Both the position numbers and the translations under genes were made by a program. Shown one piece after another: positions 54,020 through 64,000 of a stretch of 64,000 bases of DNA. Every line of letters starts with the position of its first letter. Position 1 is the stretch's first letter. The stretch spans positions 51,832,001 through 51,896,000 of the forward strand of contig NC_043014.1 in the NCBI RefSeq assembly GCF_006345805.1, given 5' to 3'. The DNA is from Octopus sinensis (Eukaryota). The notes beneath the pieces are model-generated. The model was not told the DNA's origin, made no database searches, and worked only from the letters and a program-made list of their open reading frames with translations.

Positions 54020-54391
54020 ACTAGCAGTATCGCCCGGCGTTGCTCGGGTTTGTAAGGGAAATAACTATAAAGCATTTTTAGAGAGTTATAGCCAAAAAAT
54101 AGCAAAAAAATGGAAAAAAAAAGATGGTAAATTTTTTTTGAGAGTTAAAAAGGTCGAGTTGCGTCCCCATGACAGTCTGTGGTTTGTGTTTCTGATTCTC
54201 GACCCCATGTCGAATTTATCGATTATTTTCAGAACTGGGGGAACTTTTCAAAATTTTCGCTGCGTTAGTTTTGAATTATGACATTGGGGTATGTGTGTGT
54301 CAAGTTTCATCAGAATCGGTTGAAAGCCGTGGTCAGGGTGAGGGTACAACCAAACAGACACACAGACACACACACAGACAAACTGCCGTTT
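54020..54391 (+). mobile_element. DINE-1/Helentron-like element, second copy
   Basis: Near-identical to 22611-22980; intact 5' hairpin cccg-gcgttgct-cggg; (TA)n flanks. Confidence 0.75.
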
Positions 54392-55097
54392 ATATATAGA
54401 GATATATATATATATGAGAGAGAGAGAGAAAGAGAGTGAGGGAAAGAGAAAGCGACATGCTCACACATATACGCAAATGTATATGCATGTGTGCATTTGC
54501 GTGTGTGGCTGTGAATTCTACATACAGCAAAATATCACCGCCATCCATTCGTAAGTTTCTGCATAATCCCATGTATCAGACAGACGTCACTTATATCCAT
54601 TTGTCTGTTGTCGGCGTAATCCGTTATATGCATTGTTTTCATTGTCAGTAATGCAATTCAAACCATTAATCCTGCAGCGTAGCATAATTCATCATCGCAT
54701 CGAAAGCCGTACATCGTCTGGTATTAAAATGGTGAATGCTGAAATGTTTGTGTGGTTTCGCTATAGTCTGCAGATGCCGAAACAAAGATTTTACAATTAA
54801 TTTACTTTCAAATATACATTCTGACCTACAAATAATTTTCTGATAAAATAAACGTATTATTTAGTTTGAAATGACGGATTAGTTATGTCTGGCGCGTTTT
54901 TGACTGCGCTGATCATACTTCAGATGATCATACTTCCGATGGACAATTCGCCATGTTTCGTGTGAATAGCTATGATAGCTAGAATTCCCTGTACGATGTG
55001 GTACGTTGCTAAAGAACAGACGAGTAAGTCTGTATGTTTCTAGAAATATCTACCAAATATTTGTCCAATAGAACACGAGATATATCGTAAAAGTATA

Positions 55098-55590
55098 TAC
55101 TTACTTGTACTTGTGGCGACATTCACCCTGGGCGGGTTGAGTCGGCTTCTTCTTCCACCCTCGGGGCATCTCGAACCATGGCAGCCCACGCATGACGGTC
55201 CTGCGCCAGTTCACTGGTGATAGCGATTCAGTTACGGTTCCATCGGCGCAGGCCAACCACCAGCGGTCCCGTGAGCACGGTGAGGTCCTCCTTGATCGTC
55301 GTAACCCAGGCCCTCAGCGGCCTGCCCGCGCGTTTCCGCCAGCTGGTAAGTGGAGTTGGGAGAAGAACATCACGGCTCAGTTCACCCACCGGACGCCTAC
55401 ATGCATGGCCAAAACACCTCAAGCGCCGTTGCAGGAGGACAGATGTAAGGGGCCGCAGAGACAGGCGAATTCGGAGATAGGCGGTGGGAACTCGATCCAA
55501 CCGACGGCAGCGAAGAATGCACCGGAGGCAGTCATTGTCGAGGACTTCCAGCCTTCGTTGATCGACTTCTTCCATAAGAGTATATAGGAT
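55098..55590 (-). mobile_element. RTE-clade LINE 3' fragment
   Basis: Minus: RRLEVLDNDCLRCIL..QRRLRCFGHACRR..WRKRAGRPLRAWVTTIKEDL..LAQDRHAWAAMVRD, then a caagtacaagtaagta tail. Confidence 0.9.
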
Positions 55591-55929
55591 AGTACCACTG
55601 AAGCACACATAATAGAACGCAGTTAGCACAAATAGAAACTGTCGGATCATGTGTGTACCACTACAAGGGGTGATCTGGAATAAAATAAGTTCAGTGTTTG
55701 GGAGGCTCATGTTCCATTTTGGAGCTTTGGGGCGGTATCTCAATTCGAAATCTTTTGTTTGTGTCTGTAATACTCAGTAGATACACCTTTCAGCATTTTC
55801 TGCCTACGAAATTTTAATATCGAAGGCTGTGGTTTTAAATATCGCCATATATCTAATATCTTCTCTCATTAATTTGACTGTAAACACACACGCAAATCTA
55901 CTCATACACATATATGTGCATCATATACT

Positions 55930-55980
55930 TACACACACACACACACACACACGCACACACACACATACACACACATACAC

Positions 55981-56033
<53 letters not shown>

Positions 56034-56218
56034 GCATATAAATACACATATGATTACAAACACAACCCTTCACACAGACACACACACATGCATATATACA
56101 TATATACATATATAGATATATACGTATATAGATATATACCTATATAGATATATACATATATAAATATATTCATATATAGATAGATACATATATAGATAGA
56201 TATATATACATATATAGC

Positions 56219-56290
<72 letters not shown>

Positions 56291-56314
56291 TACATACACA
56301 CACAGATATATATA

Positions 56315-56360
<46 letters not shown>
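55930..56360. repeat. (CA)n/(TA)n compound microsatellite block
   Basis: Direct reading. Confidence 0.9.
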
Positions 56361-56362
<2 letters not shown>

Positions 56363-57001
56363 ATAAAACGTGATGGAACAGAACGATGGGAACCTAATAG
56401 GATAAACGCTATTAAAAATTTACGAGCTAATGTATTTTCTAATGACAAATAGGAAAGTCTGTTAACCAGGTGTATATTGCAAACGATATTAATATATTGC
56501 TGTGTCCTCTAGAGGAATCTGTTATGCGTCACTTTGCAATATATTAATTGAATTAAATACGTATACAGGTATTGTTAGCTGTGTAAGCCGATTAATAAGT
56601 TTTGCTTCGAGAAATTCTACAAGGTCTCAAATGTGGAAAGCAATTCGTAAACATATTAATTGCTAATTAGATGTAAAAAGCACATATACTCTGCTAAAGG
56701 GTAACTCGAAACGGTGGCTAAAATATCAGCCGTGTTGCAACGTGATGTGTTTTTGGCACACCACAATTTCGAACACAGGAAATAGGCTTGTCGGTGATTC
56801 GACCGGATTGAATGCATTAATAGTTATATGGATAAATATATATATGTATGTATGTATATATGTACATATATATGTATGTATATAAATATATATATATATA
56901 TAGATATATATATATATGTATGTATATATGTATATATATGTATGTGTATATATGTATATATGTATGTATGTATATATGTATATATATATATGTATATATA
57001 T

Positions 57002-57143
57002 TTATTATATAGAAGGAGCTTCTACAGGACTAGAACTGTTTCATTCAAGAGAATCTTCAGGAAGCTCCTGAATCTTCAGGAATCTTCAAGATTTCTCTGA
57101 ATGAAACAGTTCTAGTCCTGTAGAAGCTCCTTCTATATAATAA
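57002..57143. repeat. Inverted repeat with 46-bp perfect arms (57002-57047 / 57098-57143)
   Basis: ttattatatagaaggagcttctacaggactagaactgtttcattca is the exact reverse complement of tgaatgaaacagttctagtcctgtagaagctccttctatataataa. Confidence 0.97.
57015..57068 (-). ncRNA. Type I hammerhead ribozyme motif (Penelope/retrozyme-like)
   Basis: Minus: GGAGCUUC CUGAAGA UUC-UCUU-GAA U GAAA CAG-UUCUAGUC-CUG U A GAAGCUCC. Stem I 8 bp perfect, canonical CUGANGA and GAAA core, stem III with palindromic CUAG loop, GUA cleavage triplet; one extra U before G12. Confidence 0.75.
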
Positions 57144-57591
57144 TTAATTTTACTCTGCTATGTATTGAGTACCTTATTTACTGTGGTTAACCCCCAATCA
57201 ACCCGGGACCTACATATATGTATATATATATATATGTATGTATATATGTATATATATATGTATGTATATATGTATATATATATATATGTATGTATATATG
57301 TATATATATATATATGTATGTATATATGTATATATATATATATGTATGTATATATGTATATATATATATGCATGTATATACATATGTATATATATGCATG
57401 TATGTATGTATATCTTTGTATTTGTATATGAATGTATATATATATGCATGTATATATATTTGATATATGTAATTATATATATATATAGAGAGAGAAATTT
57501 TTCTACTTGTTAATTCATTCATTGATAAAGTCCACATACAACATGGACAAAATAGTTTTCGTAGAAAAATACGTATTTAAACAAACGTTAG

Positions 57592-57627
57592 TGTCATGAT
57601 TAGCGAAAGCGAAACCGGTCGATAAAC
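57592..57627 (+). ncRNA. Degenerate minimal hammerhead motif
   Basis: ugUC AUGAUUA GC-GAAA-GC GAAA CCGG U C GAUAaac. Palindromic ACCGGU stem III and GUC triplet, but the core is mutated at C3 and G8. Confidence 0.45.
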
Positions 57628-59370
57628 ACAATAGAAAATATATTAAAATATATATTAAAACTATGTAAAAAACAAGTGTGTGCATTTTCCCTCTTTAAAT
57701 GTACATATGAGTGTTTGAGTGTGTGTGTGTGAGCGTGTGTCTGTGTGTCTGGGTATAGATTATAATTTTGTGTTTGACTATAATTTACTAATGTTTCTGT
57801 TTATTTATGAAACAAGACCAAGCAATTTGCCAGTAGAGGTGATAACAATAAATCAAATATATCCATGAATTTGAGACACACTAAAACAAATTTCGTGATC
57901 CTCTCACCTTACTGAAATATATGTCAAATCTCTTACAAATATTATATATTGCCCTGAATAAATAAAAATATGATATTGAAAATATTAGTCGTGGACAAGT
58001 CACGCGTGGAATGACTTTGATCTTAGATTTGGTCGAGCGGTTTGACCTCAGTCTAAACAACAACTTTCCCAGCAAAATATTTTTTGAACTTTTCAACTTC
58101 CAATTTTACTGTTTATTGTCTGTCATCATAGGTCAAAATTGGATGCAGAGCAATATATAAACATTGGAACTTCGGCTCTGCTGCTGAGAATAGAGATGCT
58201 CCATCATTTTATTTACCAGCTCTTTCATATTACATTCCATGCACCTGTACACTTAATGATATTCCCAGGTAGAATCACGTCTGACAGAGCCAGATTTTTT
58301 GAGAGTCGGAATTACAAATGTATAAATGCGTAATTTCCGGTAACCTACTTTACTCACAATTCTTGGAGCAACTATTGGAAACGCTTTGATAAAATTTCCA
58401 GAGGTAAGACTCAGCGAGATGGAACGTAGGAACTTGCGCTTCTGAAGTGAAGTTTTTAAACAAGGCGCGTATAGTAGAGCTGGGATGATCGATGTAAGCA
58501 ACAGACTATGAATATATAATTAGTTTCATAGTCAATGAATTTCAATTAAATGTAGACCAGTAATATAGAGAATTTAATAATACACAGCTGTAAACACACA
58601 CATGTACACACACACTCATATATGTGTGTGACATACACACATATACACGCACACACATATATATATTTACACATATATTTACATATGTATGTGTATGTAT
58701 GTATGTATGTATGTATATATATATATATATGTGTGTGTGTATGTATATATAGACATATGTATGTGTATGTATGTGTATATATATATATACACACACAAAT
58801 CGTTGGTATTATGTTAAACTGTTGTATGTCCAAATTGGCTCAAGCTACTTCAGATGCCATGATATATCAAAAATTGTCAAAGTGCAGTACAGCAGTTTGC
58901 TATGGAAGGGTGCAACTATTTTCTCATTTTAGAAAAAGAAACGTTTTGGACGTACGACACTTTTGCATAATAACAATGCTATATATATATATATATATAC
59001 ACACAACAGACGTCCGTGTACCAAATTCAAAATTCATTTGCAATGCATTGGTTGGCCCGAAGCTATAGTAGAAGACTCTTGCTCAAATGTCTGTCAGGAA
59101 GACAGAAACAGAAACTTCGTAGCTGGGAGCGAGATTTGTTTTAGCTCCTCAATTCTGTACACTCTACTGAGATTGTACATCCGTAGTAATAATGCTTGGA
59201 AACTCAGCGTTACCATAAACACTCTAAATTAATATATACACAAGCAACAATCCTACTTTCATCCATTCTGAAACTCCATTTGCTCACTGTCTCCAAGTAG
59301 TGTGAAAACCTTTAAACAGAAGAAACAGGAAAAAGAGATGGTGTGATAACTAGAGAAATCTTCAAGACAA

Positions 59371-59771
59371 TTACTCTCTTGTACTCTTTTACTTGTTTCA
59401 GTCATTTGACTGCGGCCATGCTGGAGCACCGCCTTTAGTCGAGCAAATCGCCCCCCCAGTACTTATTCTATCGGGCTCTTTTGCCGAACCGCTAAGTTAC
59501 GGGGACGTAAACACACCAGCATCGTTTGTCAAGCAATGCTAGAGGGACAAACACAGACACACAAACACACACACACACACATATATATATATACATATAC
59601 ATATATACGACAGGCTTCTTTTCAGTTTCCGTCTACCAAATCCACTCACAAGGCATTGGTCGGCCCGGGGCTATAGCAGAAGACACTTGCCCAAGGTGCC
59701 ACGCAGTGGGACTGAACCCGGAACCATGTGGTTGGTTAGCAAGCTACTTACCACACAGCCACTCCTGCGCC
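59371..59771 (-). mobile_element. SINE family B, near full length
   Basis: Reverse complement of family B with a small internal deletion. Confidence 0.92.
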
Positions 59772-60048
59772 TATTGGTAGTCTTTCTTTACATATTTGTA
59801 AACTAAAGTCTAAATTCAGATCTTTTAACATGTTGATATAAACATTTTTACCTTTGGTTTAAACGTAAATATCATATGTTACATATCAATGTTTCGTACA
59901 ATTTTGCCAGAAGCAAAGAAGAGGTATGATATAGTTTCTTGCTTTTCCATGCAGTGTAGCATCTGAATAATGTCTAGTTGGATAATCAAATAAGTTGGAT
60001 ATAAAATGGAATACATTGCATAAAAATATTTCCTTATGCATTAGCATA

Positions 60049-60085
<37 letters not shown>

Positions 60086-60574
60086 AAACAGACAGAGAGA
60101 AAGAGAGAGAAAAAGACATAAAGAGAGAGGGAGAGAAAGGAAAAGCGAGGGATTGGTAGAAATGTACATTATATATAATGCTAGATATATTCATACGATC
60201 TTGTTGGCCAATAAAAATCCAAATTGAATAGACTTAAATATATTTCAACAATATACATATTTATGGAAATTTATGTAGATATATTGGTGTGCAATTCAGG
60301 TGGATAAGAGTCCCTGCTCATTTTCCTCTTCCATTCTGCATTTGCTGCATAAATATCTATGCAATTTTGGAGTCATAATCCAAAAATATTTCATCGGTTC
60401 TACTAAATTCTCACTCAACACACGCAGTATAATTTACGCACGCATACACTCACACATATATATATATATTCGCTAACGATGTTTTAGACCTTATTTAAGT
60501 ATACAGAAGTATCTCGCTATGTCAGACTTCTTGTATGTATGTGTGTGCGTGTGTGTGTGTGTACGCGCGGTCAG

Positions 60575-60740
60575 GTGAGTTTGTGCGGTAAGAGGTTTGC
60601 TTCCCGAAACTGCCGTTTTGGGTTCAGTACCTCTGCGAGGCATCTAGGCAATAATATTCTATTAAAGGCTCGGGTGGACCAAATCATTGTTCTGAGTGTG
60701 TATGGTAAACGAAAACTGTAAGAAACATGCCACGAGCAAT
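60575..60740 (+). mobile_element. SINE family B-like, highly degenerate 5' part
   Basis: gtgcggtaagaggtttgcttccc...gggttcagtacc...gtatggtaaacgaaaactgtaagaaac. Confidence 0.55.
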
Positions 60741-60769
60741 ATATATAAAGTTAATCCAAACATGAAAAC

Positions 60770-60890
60770 ACAAAGAGAAAACACAACAACGCGAGGACAT
60801 CGAACAAATATAGTATTATTTGGACGCTCAGGAAGGAAGGGAAGAAGGAGGGTTTTACGTTTCGAGCGGAGCTCTTCGTCTAATCATAGG
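60770..60890 (-). mobile_element. Penelope-like terminal fragment, related subfamily
   Basis: Minus: gacgaagagctccgctcgaaacgtaaaaccc...ttcctgagcgtcc; shares gaagagc..gctcgaaacgtaaaa and ttcctgagcgt with 20044 and 33610. Confidence 0.45.
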
Positions 60891-60956
60891 TAAAGGAAAG
60901 CTCTAGAGAAGGGAAGACGGAGGGAAAAAAATCGCCAACGGTACACACGCGGTCAT

Positions 60957-60987
<31 letters not shown>

Positions 60988-62408
60988 CGTAGAAGGATAA
61001 GTCTATATCTGCTTAAATACGTGTTTGTCCGGTAAATATATATACTGACAGAAGGATTGAAACGGGTCCAGTGAATCCAACTTTGCTCACGGAGCGGTTG
61101 TCTCCCCTCTCTGCCTATGTAACTGTGTGTTTCAAGCAGTTTTAAGATATTTAATACTTCATTAGCATTGGAACTCACCAAGCAAAAGTCTTAATTCGGT
61201 CGATCGACCAGTTAGAGATAGCTTCTCATATTCCCTTATGTTATGACCTAGAAGTCTTAAAGTTGGAAGGAACCGTTAGATAATGTCGTCATAGATAGGA
61301 AAAAAAATGATCCAAGGTTCATAGTTGCATTACAAGCTCTTTGATCACGGGTATTCTGGCTCAGTATGAAGGTGAGGCTAGGCCACAATATCAAAAACTA
61401 AATTACTAGCGATAAGTGAACGATTCTTCTTTTTCTTCTCGTTCTTCTTCTTCTTCTTCTTCTTCTTCTTCTTCTTCTTCAGTGTATTCATCTAAGAATT
61501 CTTTTTGCTTCTTGCTCTTGACCTCATCAGCATCCTTATATTACTCCTCTTCCTCCTCCTCATCATATTCATCATAAACATCATCATCATCATTACTACT
61601 ACTACTACTACTAGTAATATTAATTATTATAGTAGTGTTAGTATTATTATTATTACTATTAGTAATAGTAGTAGTAGTAGTAGAAGAAGAAAAGTATCAG
61701 TAGAAGTAGTAGTAACACTAACAATTGTAGCAACGGTTGTACAGCTCTAACTGCTGCCCTTCATTCTTCTTCTTAATATTATTATTATTATTATTATTAT
61801 TACGCTTATCATTATTATTATTAGTATTAGTATTAGTATTTTCATTAATATTAATAATAATAATAATAGTCGTATGCTAGAGGCGATAAATAATTCATTA
61901 CCATTAAAACGCCGGTTTCGATACCATGTTCAATTAACTATGGAAACTCCTCTTGATAGTAAAATCAAATCACACAAACACATACACCCACACACACAAA
62001 ATAAAGAGCAGTAAAAAAAAACCTGCAACAAAAGCTTGGGGAACAAAAAACAATATACAAACAACATTATTATTAATGTGATGCTTTGCCAAAGAAGGGG
62101 AACATTTTTCGCCTTCGTTTACAAAGGGTCTTTGAGATTCAGTTCCAGTAGCATAGTGCTGCTTTTAACGACATGTTCACCTCCACAACCATACATTCAA
62201 TCAAAGTTTGTTTTTTTTTTCCCATTCATCAGATCATGCTCAATCTCTGGTTACCATCAATACCATCGTCACCTTAATGTGTTTGCACGGCTTCTCTTTG
62301 TTTCCTTTTAATACATTTTCATGTTGAATCTTGAGAACAAAATAATAATAATAATAATAATAATAACAATAATAATAATAATGATAATAATAATGATAAT
62401 AATAATAA

Positions 62409-62502
62409 GGCAGACATGTTTTGTTAATTTTTGTGGTGTAAATTCAAGCAGTTATAATAATAAATATAATAAATATAATAATTTGAGTTATTTTAATAAT
62501 AC

Positions 62503-62541
<39 letters not shown>

Positions 62542-62775
62542 GGCAGACATGTTTTGTTAATTTTTGTAGTGTAAATTCTAGCAGTTATAATAATAAATAT
62601 AATAAATATAATAATTTGCGTTATTTTAATAATACGAATAATAATAATAATAATAATGATAATAATGATAATAATAATAATAATAAGGCAGACATGTTTT
62701 GTCAATTTTTGTGGTGTAAATTCTAGCAGTTTTAATAATAAATATAATAATTTGTGTAATTTTAATAATACGAAT
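62409..62775. repeat. Three tandem copies of a ~90-bp core separated by (AAT)n
   Basis: ggcagacatgttttgt at 62409, 62542 and 62687. Confidence 0.93.
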
Positions 62776-62779
62776 AATA

Positions 62780-62818
<39 letters not shown>

Positions 62819-62921
62819 TAGTTAGAATGAACATTAATATTTTTAGCATTAATATAATTAATGTGGACATATAATAAACAGTCATAAAATAATAACATCA
62901 GAAATAATAATAACAGAACTA

Positions 62922-63048
62922 GTTTCAAATTTTGTCACAAGGCCAGCAACTTTCGAGGAGGAAGTAGGTCGTTTACATCGGCCCCTCTGCCTGGCCGGTA
63001 TTTATTTTATCGATTAAAAAAGGAATGAAAGACAGAGTCGACCGTCAA
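62922..63048 (-). mobile_element. SINE family A, 3' fragment
   Basis: cacaaggccagcaac...tttatcgat...tgaaagacagagtcgac is the reverse of the core and tail. Confidence 0.65.
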
Positions 63049-63087
63049 CGACAGCAAAAACAACAATAATAATAGTAATAATAATAT

Positions 63088-63295
63088 TTTCTACTATAGT
63101 CACAAGGACCGAGATTTTGGGAGTGGGGACTAATCGATTACATCGACCCCAGTTTTTCACTGATAATTTATTGACCCCCGAATAGGTTGAAAGGCAAAGT
63201 CGAGCTCGGCCGAATATGAACTCAGAAAGTAAAGGTGGACGAAATACGGCTAAGAATTTTGCCCGTCGTGCAAACTATCCTGCCAGCTCGCCGCC
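63088..63295 (-). mobile_element. SINE family A, short form
   Basis: Reverse complement of head, core and tail; bounded by (AAT)n on both sides. Confidence 0.85.
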
Positions 63296-63328
<33 letters not shown>

Positions 63329-63499
63329 GATGATGTTCAAGGTAACGATAATAATAATCTTGACGACGAATTTAATGATTATGAAATTGACGCTCATATG
63401 TTTGATAATGGTAAAATTGCTGCTGGAGGACGCTGGAAATGGCTTAACTAACCCCACCAGCACCACTTGTTACAATAAACACACTACTACTACTACTAC

Positions 63500-63549
<50 letters not shown>

Positions 63550-64000
63550 ACAACAACAACTGCGGTAGAACCAACAGCGGTTATTTCAAAAGTTTTCTGG
63601 CGCTTTTAATGCAAGGGTGATATCAATATTAGTGGCGACTGCGTGTTTCACATGTTGAAATAATAAATTGTAACGTTCGTTACTAAAATAAATAAAAGAA
63701 GCTCTCTCTCTCTCGCACACAAAACCGATGTTATTATAAATGACCATTCTCAAAATCACTCAATACAACTGTCATCATTCACTTCGTTATCATAATTGCT
63801 TTCTTTTCATTTTATTCTTCTATCGAACATTTATTTTTTTCTTTCTCCTATGTTTGAACATTATCTATTTTTTAATATTTTCTTTTTATATTTTGTATTC
63901 AGTTTGCTTTCAGTTTTCTCTCTGCATTTTTTCTTCTTTCAAAGTGACTTATTATTATTTTTCGTATTTCCATTTTTATGCTGTTTTTTTTTATTTCAGT

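Noticed and set aside
58253-58410. Strong donor ccagag|gtaaga with LGATIGNAL upstream
   Set aside because: All three frames hit a stop within ~80 nt upstream and there is no suitable acceptor.
63330-63460. Acidic reading frame DDVQGNDNNNLDDEFNDYEIDAHMFDNG
   Set aside because: Derived from decayed (AAT)/(GAT) repeats; no start, splice site or homology.

Overview
AT-rich, microsatellite-saturated eukaryotic DNA. Its tRNA-derived SINE families resemble, from memory, those of octopod cephalopods (Octopus sp.); the taxon is an inference. I can support no host protein-coding exon, and nearly all ORFs in the supplied track are translations of simple repeats. The window looks intergenic or deep-intronic and is built from layered mobile DNA: four SINE families (my labels A-D, about 25 copies or fragments, often nested), 3' fragments of R4/Dong-like and RTE LINEs, a decayed mariner transposase, a DUF4817/maT-like deletion derivative, Tc1-, Tigger- and hAT-type MITEs, three DINE-1/Helentron-like elements and a heavily decayed Ty3/Gypsy pol remnant. 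The most interesting signal is a set of unrelated minimal type I hammerhead-ribozyme-like motifs of the kind associated with Penelope-like elements. The best one (57015-57068, minus) forms one arm of a 46-bp perfect inverted repeat; a second is at 18693-18753 (minus), and degenerate ones are at 57592, 20044, 33684 and 60851. Also notable: a SINE flanked by a ~284-bp direct duplication (49580-50538), SINE-A copies that carry 184-bp internal tandem units, tail-module swapping between SINE families, and (TAA)n-biased insertion sites. All alignments and folds were done by eye.
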